A stretch of DNA of 64,000 nt from an uncultured Verrucomicrobiota bacterium (GCA_964555645.1 CAZKTA010000007.1:66991-130990); one strand, 5' to 3'; positions 48,523 through 58,644 are shown, counted from the stretch's first letter. The notes: a model not told the origin generated them from the letters alone. Numbers and translations: made by a program.

Positions 48523-49872
48523 TCATGCTGCTGCTGTGGCGCGGCGCTGCCCTAATTCAGCACGAATCTGCGGCTCGAGCCGCTCGAATTTACCGTAAAA
48601 AAACACCGGCACCATGCTCAGAGCAAAGCAGATCGCCGGTAGCCAGACTATACTGAACTCGATTGCACGTAACGCTTCGGGTGACTGCTCTTGGTCGGCC
48701 ACATACCCTGCTGCACCGAGTATCCACATGGGCAGAGCGCCTCCGATGCCGGCGCCGGCTTTGAGGCAAAACGCTGCGCCTACCGCAGCCAGCAGACCAG
48801 CAGCGCGCACGCCTGTTTTCCATTCGCCATAATCAGCGCTGTTGGGAAGCAGCGAGAACGGCATTGCCATTGCGGCGCCGCTGGCTAAAAAGCCTATTGT
48901 CCAACCGAGCATGATAAGCCTCACCGAATTGCCAGAGATCACCCCCAGCCAAACGGTCACCTGACCCAAAACCATACCGAGCAAACCGAGCGCCCAGACG
49001 TTGCGTTTCGAAGTGAGCATGCAGAGCCACGGCAACAAAAGCGCCACTGCAAGCGAGGCGAAGTCAAGTCCGTTGGCAACTTTTATCAGGTCAGGCCTGT
49101 GGACCGAGTAAATGAAGAAGTGCGGTACAACTGTGATCCGCGCAATGAACCCGATCCAGAACAGCAGGCTGCTCGAGAAAATGATCAGCCACGGCCAGTT
49201 ACCTTTCAGTGCTTTGAATGAATTAAAGAGCGGCTGTGGCTTGGTCTCGACAGGCACAATTTCTTTGAGGTTACGGAATGCCACAAGGAACAGGGCCACT
49301 GAGACAAGGGCGTAGATCGGTACCGCGAGCATGAACCCCCTACGGTCGTTACCTTGACCGAGCAGACGCACCATTTCAAGCCCGGTAAGGTTCACGATCA
49401 ACACGCCTAGCTTCGACCCGAACATACGGAATGTTGTAAGCGTGACGCGCTCTTCTGGGTCGGCGGTCAGTGCCGCAAGAATCGACGTCACCGGCGTGTT
49501 GATCCCGGTGTAAAGCACGTTGCAGCCGATGTATGTGATGGCAGCGTAGGCGACTTTTGCGTTGTAACTAAGCTCCGGCGTAAGGAATGAGAGCACGCCA
49601 AACGTGGCAAATGGGACCGAAAGCCATAGGAACCACGGCCGGCTTTTGCCCCACCGACTGCGTGTCTTATCAAAAATGATACCCCAAACCGGTGCATCAA
49701 TTGCATCCACCCATCGGGCAAGCAAAAGAATCGTGCCCACTGTCGTTGCCGGAATTTTGCAAGTGTCCGTGTAAAAGTACGGCGCATACCACATCACCCA
49801 GCAGAACAAGAGCTGTCCGGCGATGTCGCTTGCCGCGTAACTGAAGCGTGTGGTGTACGAAGTTTTGTTCAC
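48523..49872 (-). CDS. GPH-family (glycoside-pentoside-hexuronide) cation symporter, MFS
   Basis: 449 aa, 12-TM-like. FSYAASDIAGQLLF..YFYTD and D..R.GK.RPW (DKTRSRWGKSRPW). Confidence 0.85.
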   Translation of the reverse strand: MNKTSYTTRFSYAASDIAGQLLFCWVMWYAPYFYTDTCKIPATTVGTILLLARWVDAIDAPVWGIIFDKTRSRWGKSRPWFLWLSVPFATFGVLSFLTPELSYNAKVAYAAITYIGCNVLYTGINTPVTSILAALTADPEERVTLTTFRMFGSKLGVLIVNLTGLEMVRLLGQGNDRRGFMLAVPIYALVSVALFLVAFRNLKEIVPVETKPQPLFNSFKALKGNWPWLIIFSSSLLFWIGFIARITVVPHFFIYSVHRPDLIKVANGLDFASLAVALLLPWLCMLTSKRNVWALGLLGMVLGQVTVWLGVISGNSVRLIMLGWTIGFLASGAAMAMPFSLLPNSADYGEWKTGVRAAGLLAAVGAAFCLKAGAGIGGALPMWILGAAGYVADQEQSPEALRAIEFSIVWLPAICFALSMVPVFFYGKFERLEPQIRAELGQRRATAAA

Positions 49873-49879
49873 AACCGGT

Positions 49880-50959
49880 TCAATAGTATGGCTCGACGAT
49901 CTTGGCTACATGCTCGGCTTCGCGTTCGTCCTTGAACTGGATAAGCATGTAAACGCCGTCCGGCCCGAGCGTATCAAGCAGCGGTAAAATTTCGTCTGAC
50001 TCGACGTTGACAATCTGCACCGATTTGCCAGCAGCCAAGATCCTGCGGTACAACTCGTACCAACGCTTGTGTCCACCGGTCTCAATGCCGGCCTGCGGTG
50101 TCCATTCGATTGCGTCTAGCGGCTCGATCTCAAGCAGCGCCTCCAGATGCACCAGTGCCTCGGTGCCGTCCAAGTGATAAAGCGAGTGGTCCAGCCATTT
50201 GCATTGGGCTGTCAACGCCGGTACAACAAACCGCTTGAACATCTTCGGCGAAATCATCGCCGAAGCGTCGCACTGTACTTTGGCGACCTTGCCCGGGCCC
50301 CAAATGTAAAACGCGCCGAAGGTCGAGCTGCCGTCCTCGAGCTTGATCAGCTCGTAAATGCGTTGGTAAACGGCAAACCACAGCTCGTTGATTTCCCAGA
50401 TTTTTTGCTCGACCCATCCTGGGCGCTCGACCATGTCAAGTAACACGCGCTCGGTACCGCGTAGTGAGCAAAGCACATCCAGGTTTTCAACAAGGTCCGG
50501 ACAACCAACGATATATTTGCCGCGGGCGCGCTCGGCACAGCAGCGTATGATCTGTTCGGTTATTTGCCACCAGCGGTTTTGCTCGTCGAACCGCAGTGGT
50601 GGCAGGGTCTCGGGCGCGGATTCAGCTTCGATGCACGGGTGAAACCAGACGGTGTCTTCGGCAAACTCAGGTTTGGCTCCCAGAAATAATGCAAGCGAGC
50701 CCGGGCCGATGTCGGTTATCGCGCTTGGCAGCACGTCCAGCGGAAAAACCGAGCGCGACAGCCTATAGTGGTTCTCGGCTGCGCGGAACTCGGCATCGCA
50801 GTACCGCGCTTCCAAACTAACAGGCTGCGGTGGTGGTGCAACTTCTTCGTGCACCGCTCGCCCGACTTCAGGCGCGCCCCACATGCCGATGAGCAACCCC
50901 TTGCGGTTCCACCATCTAACGAATCGTGTCTGTGTCTCTGCCCAGTTTGCTTTCCACAT
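49880..50959 (-). CDS. Uroporphyrinogen-decarboxylase (URO-D)-like fold protein of unknown function
   Basis: 359 aa. The resemblance to URO-D/MtaA-like TIM-barrel proteins is weak (DASAMISPKMFKRFVVP, YHLDG). Co-oriented with the GH31 gene and the symporter. Confidence 0.45.
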   Translation of the reverse strand: MWKANWAETQTRFVRWWNRKGLLIGMWGAPEVGRAVHEEVAPPPQPVSLEARYCDAEFRAAENHYRLSRSVFPLDVLPSAITDIGPGSLALFLGAKPEFAEDTVWFHPCIEAESAPETLPPLRFDEQNRWWQITEQIIRCCAERARGKYIVGCPDLVENLDVLCSLRGTERVLLDMVERPGWVEQKIWEINELWFAVYQRIYELIKLEDGSSTFGAFYIWGPGKVAKVQCDASAMISPKMFKRFVVPALTAQCKWLDHSLYHLDGTEALVHLEALLEIEPLDAIEWTPQAGIETGGHKRWYELYRRILAAGKSVQIVNVESDEILPLLDTLGPDGVYMLIQFKDEREAEHVAKIVEPYY

Positions 50960-51158
50960 ATTAGACGTGCGCGAAACGCCAGCTTACTGGCCAACAGGCA
51001 CGCAATAAAGCAAAAGCTAAGGCGCATTGCGCCCCCAAAACACTGTGTAGTCTGCCTTTTGGCCTTGGCGCGCCCGGTGTGCCGTTGTAGAAGTTGTCGT
51101 GCGCGCGACCATGAACTTGAATCACAGTCAACCAGCACACAAAAGCGTGAATCATTTG

Positions 51159-53051
51159 ATGAAAATGCGGCTGGTCGGTCTTGCCGTTGCTTTGTTTGGA
51201 GTTACTTGCGCTGTGCCGGCTGAAACCTGGACTGGTGTCGAGTTTTGGGTTGCACCCGACGGTAACGACACAAATCCAGGCACGCGCGAACAACCGCTTG
51301 CTTCGATCTCGCTTGCGCTGCGCAAAGTACGCGAGTTACGCCGGTTGACAAACGCCGCGGTAGCAAATGGTGCGCGGATAGTTTTGCGCGGCGGTGTTTA
51401 CCAGCTCACGGCTCCGCTGCTGGTGCGGCCGGAAGATTCAGGAACCGAGACAGGTCCGACGCTAATCGAGGCTGCGCCAGGGGAACGCCCCGTGCTCAGC
51501 GGCGGTATTTTAGTCACGGGCTGGCGAAAGTTAAAGGAAAAAGTGCCTGGCTTGCCGAGAATGGCGCAACGGCACGTTTGGGTTGCAGAGGCACCGCAGT
51601 TTTGCGGGCGCATGGTCGAATGCAGGCAACTTTGGGTCAACGATCGCAAAGCCATTCGCGCACGTGAACCTAACGGAGAAATCATGCACAGGCTGCTTGT
51701 GTGGGATAGGCAGAAACAAGAGGCATTGATTCCGGCCGGCCCGGTGCGTGCGCTCAGGCACACACCGCAACTGGAAATGATTTTCCACCAGCAATGGGAA
51801 ATTGCGGTCTGCCGAGTCAAGTCGCTCAGGATACTGGGCGACAAAGCCTGCATAACATTTCAAGACCCAGAAGGCCGCATTCAATTCGAGCATCCGTGGC
51901 CGCAGCCGGTCATGACAACCAACTACACCGGCCCGTTCTTCCTGGCCAATGCAATCGAATTCCTCGACCAGCCCGGTGAATGGTTTCAAGAACTACCAAG
52001 TGGCCGGATTTACTACTGGCCCAGACCCGGCGAAGACATGACACAAGCGCGCGTAGTTGCGCCAGGGCTGGAAACGCTCGTTTTAGTGATGGGCAGCCTG
52101 GACCGGCCGGTCACAAACGTGCATTTTAAAGGGATTACTTTTGCGCACACGACCTGGCTACGGCCTTCGTATGCGGGTCATGTGCCGTTGCAGGCTGGCA
52201 TGTTCATGCTCGACGCCTACAAGCTCGTGCCCAAAGGCACACCCGAATGGCGCAGTTTGGATAATCAAGCGTGGATCGGTCGGCCAGCAGCAGCAGTCAC
52301 CGCGCGCACCACACGCAACATCCGGTTCGTGCAATGCACGTTCGAGCATCTGGCTTCTGCCGGACTCGATTTCGACTTCGGCGTGCGCGACAGCGCGGTC
52401 GAATGTTGTCTGTTCCGCGATATTGGTGGGAACGGACTTCAACTTGGTAAGTTTTCCGATCCGGGTATCGAGACGCATTTGCCGTACAACCCGGTAGACG
52501 AACGTGAGGTATGCGCACGGATCCGAATCGCAAACAACCTGGTGACAGATACTGCCAATGAAGACTGGGGGTGCATTGGCATATGCATCGGGTTCGCACG
52601 CGAAATTACCGTCGCACATAACGAGGTGTACAACACATCGTACACTGGCATCAGTGTTGGCTGGGGCTGGACACGCGCGACAAACTGCATGCGCGACAAC
52701 CTTATTCACGCCAATCATATCCATCACGTGGCCACCCGCATGTGCGATACAGCAGGCATTTATACGCTGTCGTGCCAGCCTGGAACCGTGATTAGTGAAA
52801 ACTTCATCCATGACATCCACATGAGCCCTTACGCGCATGATCCGAACCACTGGTTTTACATCTACCTGGACGAAGGCTCGTCATACATCACCGTGCGCGA
52901 CAATTGGTGTCCGGAAGAAAAGTTCCTCAGTAACGCAGTTGGCCCGGGTAATGTCTGGGAACGCAACGGCCCGTCGGCACCGCAGAAGGTCAAAGAAACC
53001 GCCGGCCCCGAACCTTGGGCACGCACCATCCTCACCGAAATGCTCCGGTAG
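51159..53051 (+). CDS. Secreted right-handed parallel beta-helix (pectin-lyase-fold) protein
   Basis: Signal MKMRLVGLAVALFGVTCAVPA. FWVAPDGNDTNPGTREQPLASI is typical of beta-helix enzymes, and later repeats read N.I..N (IANNLV, VAHNEVYN, ISENFIHD). The tracked ORF starts at 51099. Confidence 0.6.
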   Translation: MKMRLVGLAVALFGVTCAVPAETWTGVEFWVAPDGNDTNPGTREQPLASISLALRKVRELRRLTNAAVANGARIVLRGGVYQLTAPLLVRPEDSGTETGPTLIEAAPGERPVLSGGILVTGWRKLKEKVPGLPRMAQRHVWVAEAPQFCGRMVECRQLWVNDRKAIRAREPNGEIMHRLLVWDRQKQEALIPAGPVRALRHTPQLEMIFHQQWEIAVCRVKSLRILGDKACITFQDPEGRIQFEHPWPQPVMTTNYTGPFFLANAIEFLDQPGEWFQELPSGRIYYWPRPGEDMTQARVVAPGLETLVLVMGSLDRPVTNVHFKGITFAHTTWLRPSYAGHVPLQAGMFMLDAYKLVPKGTPEWRSLDNQAWIGRPAAAVTARTTRNIRFVQCTFEHLASAGLDFDFGVRDSAVECCLFRDIGGNGLQLGKFSDPGIETHLPYNPVDEREVCARIRIANNLVTDTANEDWGCIGICIGFAREITVAHNEVYNTSYTGISVGWGWTRATNCMRDNLIHANHIHHVATRMCDTAGIYTLSCQPGTVISENFIHDIHMSPYAHDPNHWFYIYLDEGSSYITVRDNWCPEEKFLSNAVGPGNVWERNGPSAPQKVKETAGPEPWARTILTEMLR

Positions 53052-53088
53052 GAGCCGGAAAGTAACCACGTAGGGCGTGGGTGGAAGC

Positions 53089-53304
53089 TTATTTGTTTTC
53101 GCCAGTACCTGGCGGGGAATTTGACTTGCCAGCACGGCCTTTCCACAGCTCGTAAACGAATCCGCCCACAATCATTGCCACACCAAGCACGCCAGTGTAG
53201 GGCAGGAGCCACTCGATCCGTTTTGTCAGTTCGGCACCGATCCACAACAGCACCGTGGCGATCAAAATCACGATGCCCCAGTATATGACGCGATTCTTCG
53301 GCAT
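53089..53304 (-). CDS. Small two-TM membrane protein
   Basis: 71 aa with two hydrophobic segments (YWGIVILIATVLLWIGA and GVLGVAMIVGGFVY). No family recognised. Confidence 0.35.
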   Translation of the reverse strand: MPKNRVIYWGIVILIATVLLWIGAELTKRIEWLLPYTGVLGVAMIVGGFVYELWKGRAGKSNSPPGTGENK

Positions 53305-54044
53305 AACGTTTTATCCGAGTTCGGTTGCCAGCGGCAATGAGTATCGCAGAAGACCTCCGCGCTGTCACGCGCTCGAAATTCCGTGGTCGTGGCCGGCCTT
53401 CGGACTGAAGATTTAGAGGGCGCTGCACCGTCGGCACTGCATGAGGTCGTTACAAAGCGTGCAATTCCGGCTGGGTGCAGCTTGTAGTCCCGCCTTCAGG
53501 CTGTGGATTGTGAGCCAGCCACGCGCCCGGCTGGTTGTAGTGCGGACCCGCGCTTGGGTGGCTGCGGTGCAAACCGGCTTGGGTTGTGCCTAGCCCAACC
53601 ATTCCGCGTGGTGTGTGTTAGGCTTGTTTACATTGCCCAGGGTTTGGGTTTGGCCGACCCCGGTTCAGCGTATGAGCAAAGGACACTTTAGAGCTTTCGG
53701 CTCGGATGTGTTAGTGTTGCATCGGGTGCATTCGCTTTCAGCCGAGACAAATGGAACGGGTACCGGCAAAACCGGGCGGAAACGGCGGCTATCAAAGTTA
53801 TGTCACGCCCTGAATTAGAGCCCGCAATTAGGTTTAACTGGCCGTGTGCAAAAGCTTTTTCGGCACAATTATACCAAAGGCCGTGCGAGGGCGTTCTGCG
53901 GGCAAAAATCACGCACCCCCACAATCTTGAGTCAGTTCGGCTATGTTCGTGCGGCCGGAGCAGCTAGGCGCCAAAGAAGTGAAATTCAGCCAGATGGATG
54001 CTTGACAAAGGCATTTTGCATGACTAAACAGGCACGAAATAGTT

Positions 54045-56000
54045 ATGCAACATGTAGAACTTGCGTGGGTTGATTACGCGATCTTGCTCGCATATACGGC
54101 TTTCGTAATAGGCATTGGATTTGCACTGCGGCGCTATATGCAAACGTCGGCTGCCTTTTTAATGGCCGGCCGGTCGATTCCAGCCTGGGTAACTGGGCTA
54201 GCGTTTATAGCGGCGAACCTGGGTGCGCTTGAGGTAATTGGCATGGCAGCCAATGGCGCAAAGTACGGTATCATGGCGTGCCATTTTTACTGGATCGGTG
54301 CGATACCTGCGATGGTGTTTTTGGCGGTGTTCATGATGCCGTTTTACTATGGATCAAAAGCGCGTTCTGTGCCCGAGTACCTAAAGATGCGGTTCGACGA
54401 ACGCGTGCGGTGCCTGAACTCGATCACGTTCGGTGTGATGACAATGATGACTTCGGGCATATCGTTGCACGTGCTGGCGGATTTGTTGCGGCAGTTGGTG
54501 GGATGGGATTACAACCTGTGCTTGTGGGTGGCTTCGGCAATTGTGCTACTTTACGTGTTTAAGGGCGGGTTAACCTCGGCGATTTACACTGAGGTATTGC
54601 AGTTTTTCATGATTGTGCTTGGGTTTGCGCCGATTGTGTACCTGTGTCTTCGGGACACGGGCGGTTGGGGGAAGGTAACCGAGGCGCTCGGACAAGTCGC
54701 AGCAAATCCGCAAGCATTGGACCTAGCCAAGACAAACTTCCCGCCCAACGCATGGACAAGTTCATGGGCATCTATGTCTAGCGCGCAGAACAACCCGATG
54801 GGTATGGACTGGATCGGCCTGACTTTTGGTTTGGGATTTGTGCTGTCGTTTGGTTATTGGTGTACGAACTTCCTAGTTGTCCAAAGGGCAATGGCAGCCA
54901 AAGACATGACTGCGGCACGGTTAACGCCGCTGATAGCTGCTGTACCGAAGATGATTTTCCCTGTGCTGGTGATTTTGCCCGGTATGGTGGCAGTTGCATT
55001 GGCGCACATAGGCAAGGACGGGTTCACCCTGCCGAAGAAACCGATCGAGCCAGCCGCGTTTGCCAGTGCTATTCCAATCATCCAAAAGGCGGCCAACCAA
55101 CACACCGAGCTGGAGGCAGTTTTCGAAGATCTTTCTAAGGCGGTCGGTTTACCGTTGTCACGTGAAAAGGTGGAAGCGCTGGTGCATGACCACGCCGAGG
55201 GCAAGCTGACTGAACAACAGTTGAAAGAACGGCTCCAAAACGCGGTAACAGAAAACGATTACAACAACGTGATGCTCGCGATGTTGAAGCGGTACTTGCC
55301 CCCAGGACTACTCGGCCTGGGCCTGACGGCGTTGCTTGCATCGTTTATGTCTGGCATGGCGGGCAACATCACCGCGTTCAACACGATCTGGACGTATGAT
55401 CTGTATCAGGCGTACATCGCGCCAAACCGGACAGATGACCATTACCTGTGGATGGGCCGAGCCGTGACAGTAGTTGGTGTTTTGGCAAGCATTGCTTGCG
55501 CCTACATTGCCAAACAATACGGCAACATAATGGACCTTGTGCAGCTTGTGTTCGGGTTTGTAAACGCGCCGCTGTTTGCCACGTTCCTGCATGGCATGTT
55601 CTGGGCACGCGCAACTGCCCACGGCGCATTTTATGGGTTATTGGGGGGCACAGCTACCTCGGCCCTTTTCCACGGCCTGACAATCAGCCAGGGCAACACG
55701 CCAGGGATCAAAGGCGCATGGATTGCACATCTGCTCGGCGCGCAGCCATTGCATGTGTTCCAAAGCGAGATGGCGCAGAACTTCTGGCTTGCGTGCTTTG
55801 CGTTTAGTGTCTGTTTCCTGCTTACACTTGTGATCTCGCTGGGCACACGCCGGACCAAGTCCGATGACGAGCTACGAGGTCTTGTATATTCGCTCACGCC
55901 CCGGATCAAGGACCACGGCCGGGCATGGTATAAACGTCCAGGTGTGGTTGGGGTGGTTCTGCTGGTTATTTGTGCGGTGATAAACATCATCTTCTGGTAA
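54045..56000 (+). CDS. Sodium:solute symporter (SSS/SGLT-like) with an internal soluble insertion
   Basis: 651 aa. AGRSIPAWVTGLAFIAANLGALEV, YLKMRF, GGLTSAIYTEVLQ. A helical, charged insert of about 90 aa (..QKAANQHTELEAVFEDL..KLTEQQLKERLQNAV..) lies between TM blocks. Confidence 0.85.
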   Translation: MQHVELAWVDYAILLAYTAFVIGIGFALRRYMQTSAAFLMAGRSIPAWVTGLAFIAANLGALEVIGMAANGAKYGIMACHFYWIGAIPAMVFLAVFMMPFYYGSKARSVPEYLKMRFDERVRCLNSITFGVMTMMTSGISLHVLADLLRQLVGWDYNLCLWVASAIVLLYVFKGGLTSAIYTEVLQFFMIVLGFAPIVYLCLRDTGGWGKVTEALGQVAANPQALDLAKTNFPPNAWTSSWASMSSAQNNPMGMDWIGLTFGLGFVLSFGYWCTNFLVVQRAMAAKDMTAARLTPLIAAVPKMIFPVLVILPGMVAVALAHIGKDGFTLPKKPIEPAAFASAIPIIQKAANQHTELEAVFEDLSKAVGLPLSREKVEALVHDHAEGKLTEQQLKERLQNAVTENDYNNVMLAMLKRYLPPGLLGLGLTALLASFMSGMAGNITAFNTIWTYDLYQAYIAPNRTDDHYLWMGRAVTVVGVLASIACAYIAKQYGNIMDLVQLVFGFVNAPLFATFLHGMFWARATAHGAFYGLLGGTATSALFHGLTISQGNTPGIKGAWIAHLLGAQPLHVFQSEMAQNFWLACFAFSVCFLLTLVISLGTRRTKSDDELRGLVYSLTPRIKDHGRAWYKRPGVVGVVLLVICAVINIIFW

Positions 56001-56011
56001 AGGAGAGTTTT

Positions 56012-56248
56012 ATGGGCCTCGATATACGTTATCCGATTGGAATCATGTTTGCGATTGTGGGCGCGTTGCTGGTGATCTTCGGTCTGACAACAAGTGGCAA
56101 TACCGAGCTGTACCGGCGCTCGCTCGACATCAACATTAATCTTTGGTGGGGGTTATTATTGTTTGCGTTTGGGTTGTTGATGCTGTTCTTGGCCTGGCGC
56201 ACAAAAGGTCGTGCCCAGCAACCCAATTCCCAACCACAGCAAAAGTAA
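56012..56248 (+). CDS. Small two-TM membrane protein coupled to the SSS transporter
   Basis: 78 aa. The start at 56012 is preceded by AAGGAGAG 6 nt upstream and lies 11 nt after the transporter stop. Hydrophobic segments: IGIMFAIVGALLVIFGL and WWGLLLFAFGLLMLFLAW. Confidence 0.5.
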   Translation: MGLDIRYPIGIMFAIVGALLVIFGLTTSGNTELYRRSLDININLWWGLLLFAFGLLMLFLAWRTKGRAQQPNSQPQQK

Positions 56249-56299
56249 CAACGCAACCCGGTTGTCGGAAATAACAGTGCACAACACACAGCCAGACCT

Positions 56300-57352
56300 T
56301 TGTTGTCAATGAAAGCCAATCTCACAAAAACACAGTTCGGCACCATGCCCGATGGCAGGCCGGTTGACCTTTACACGCTAACAAATGCGAACGGCGCCGT
56401 CGTCAAGATCACAAATTACGGCACCATCATAACTGAGTTACATGTGCCTGACCGCAACGGTCAATTCGGCGATGTAGTGCTTGGGTTTGATAATCTGGCG
56501 CAGTATCTTGCGGGGCATCCGTATTTTGGTTGCACCGTGGGCCGAGTTGCAAACCGGATTGGAGGCGCAAAATTTACTCTTGATGGTAAGACGTACACAT
56601 TAGCGGCGAATAACGGACCGAATCATCTGCACGGCGGCTTGAAGGGGTTCGACAAGGTCCTTTGGCAAGCCGAACCACAAACCGATGTATCGGTCAAGTT
56701 CACATACATAAGTCCCGATGGCGAAGAAGGGTACCCGGGCAACCTGGCAGTTACGGTTGTAATGACGTGGACTGACCAGGACGAACTTGTGATCGAGTAT
56801 AGTGCCACGACGGATAAAGCTACCCCGGTTAACCTGACGAATCACAGTTACTTCAATCTTGCTTGTGAAGGCGACATACTCGGGCATGTGTTGATGCTTT
56901 CGGCAAGCCAGTACACGCCTGCTGATGCGAGTCTGATACCGACCGGCGAAATCAGGCCTGTGGCTGGGACACCCTTGGATTTTACTACGCCGACCCCGAT
57001 TGGCGCGCGGTTCGACCAGCTAGATAATAAGCCGCGCGGCTACGACCATAACTTTGTCATCAACCGTGCGGGTAAAGGCCTTGCATTGGCTGCGCGTGTG
57101 TTCGAACCTAAAACAGGCCGTGTAATGGAGGTGTTCACGACCGAGCCAGGAATACAACTTTACACGGGCAATTTCCTTGACGGGTCGCTCAAAGGTAAAC
57201 GCGGGGTGGTTTATAAGCAGTACACAGGTTTCTGTCTCGAGACACAGCATTTCCCAGATGCGGTCAACAAACCGTTGTTCCCATCAATAATACTGCGCCC
57301 TGGGCAGACTTACCAGCAGACCACGGTCTATAGATTTTCCGTGCGAACATAG
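56300..57352 (+). CDS. galM: Aldose 1-epimerase (galactose mutarotase)
   Basis: 350 aa. GRVANRI, NNGPNHLHGG, YPGNL, TNHSYFNL, DHNF, FCLETQHFPDA. Confidence 0.9.
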   Translation: MLSMKANLTKTQFGTMPDGRPVDLYTLTNANGAVVKITNYGTIITELHVPDRNGQFGDVVLGFDNLAQYLAGHPYFGCTVGRVANRIGGAKFTLDGKTYTLAANNGPNHLHGGLKGFDKVLWQAEPQTDVSVKFTYISPDGEEGYPGNLAVTVVMTWTDQDELVIEYSATTDKATPVNLTNHSYFNLACEGDILGHVLMLSASQYTPADASLIPTGEIRPVAGTPLDFTTPTPIGARFDQLDNKPRGYDHNFVINRAGKGLALAARVFEPKTGRVMEVFTTEPGIQLYTGNFLDGSLKGKRGVVYKQYTGFCLETQHFPDAVNKPLFPSIILRPGQTYQQTTVYRFSVRT

Positions 57353-57438
57353 GTTTTTCGCATAGGGTTACGGGGCACCAAACGCAAATCGCATAGGCAC
57401 AGAACCGATTCAAAAACCGGCAGATTGGACGTTTCAAA

Positions 57439-58614
57439 ATGAATCTCGCGCAACTTGCAAACCAGACAGTAACCGAGTTTATAAAACTGTACGGACGCGA
57501 CCCGCGTTGGGTAGTGGCTGCGCCCGGCAGAGTCAACCTGATTGGCGAACATACCGACTACAACGACGGCTATGTTTTCCCAATGGCAATCGAGCGGTAC
57601 ACAGTCATCGCTGCCGCGCCGGCCCTCAAAGACGCAAACCGTGTCCAATTATGCTCGACCTCGATTGCGCAACATTTCACAGTTGATCTCGGCAAACCCT
57701 TGATGCCGTTCCAGAGGGGCACCTGGGTGAATTATCCAACCGGTGTGATAGCAGGGTTTATTGCGCGCGGGTTGAAACCGACCGGGTTTGACGCACTGGT
57801 CAACTCAACCGTGCCGTTGGGTGGGGGACTATCAAGCAGTGCCGCCCTCGAAGTTGCCACGGCGACCTTGCTCGAAATTGTCACGGGCACAAAACTCGAT
57901 CCGGTCGAAAAAGCGCTTCTTTGCCAGAAGGCCGAACATGAATATGCTGGTATGCCGTGTGGCATCATGGACCAGTTCATTTCTGTGATGGGAAAGGAAA
58001 ACCACGTCATGCTACTTGATTGCAGGTCGCGTACGCCCGAGCTTGTGCCAATGACAGATCCAAGTGTCAGGGTGCTGATCATAAACACAAACGTTAAACA
58101 CGAGTTGACAGGCAGCGAATACCCCACCAGGCGTAAACAATGCGAAACTGCGGCACAGATGCTTGGTCTGCCTTCGCTGCGTGATGCGACAATCGAGCTG
58201 CTCGAAAAGGCCAAGGATAAACTTGACACTGTGGTGTATCAGCGTGCCCGGCATGTGATAGGTGAGATTGACCGGACAGTGCGTGCTGCTGCAGCCGTTC
58301 GTGCTTCCAACTGGGCTGAGATGGGCCGGCTGATGTATGCAAGTCATTACTCGCTGCGCGACGATTACGAGGTAAGCTGCGCTGAACTGGACGTCGTTGT
58401 TGAGATTGCGAAAGAGATCGGTGTCAATGGCGGCGTTTACGGCTGCAGAATGACCGGAGGCGGTTTTGGCGGTTGTTGCGTTGCCCTGGTCCAGGCGGAC
58501 AAGGTCGAGGCTATCTCAACCGCAATTGCAGTCGGGTACAAACAAACGACCGGCATTGATCCCACACTATTTGTTTCACGGCCTGCAGCAGGCGCAATGG
58601 TTTTGCAAGGTTAA
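57439..58614 (+). CDS. galK: Galactokinase
   Basis: 391 aa. APGRVNLIGEHTDYNDGYVFPMAI, the GHMP motif PLGGGLSSSAALEVA, CGIMDQF, and MTGGGFGGC. Confidence 0.9.
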   Translation: MNLAQLANQTVTEFIKLYGRDPRWVVAAPGRVNLIGEHTDYNDGYVFPMAIERYTVIAAAPALKDANRVQLCSTSIAQHFTVDLGKPLMPFQRGTWVNYPTGVIAGFIARGLKPTGFDALVNSTVPLGGGLSSSAALEVATATLLEIVTGTKLDPVEKALLCQKAEHEYAGMPCGIMDQFISVMGKENHVMLLDCRSRTPELVPMTDPSVRVLIINTNVKHELTGSEYPTRRKQCETAAQMLGLPSLRDATIELLEKAKDKLDTVVYQRARHVIGEIDRTVRAAAAVRASNWAEMGRLMYASHYSLRDDYEVSCAELDVVVEIAKEIGVNGGVYGCRMTGGGFGGCCVALVQADKVEAISTAIAVGYKQTTGIDPTLFVSRPAAGAMVLQG

Positions 58615-58644
58615 CATTGCCGTGTGTTTTGGGTGTTTAATGTG

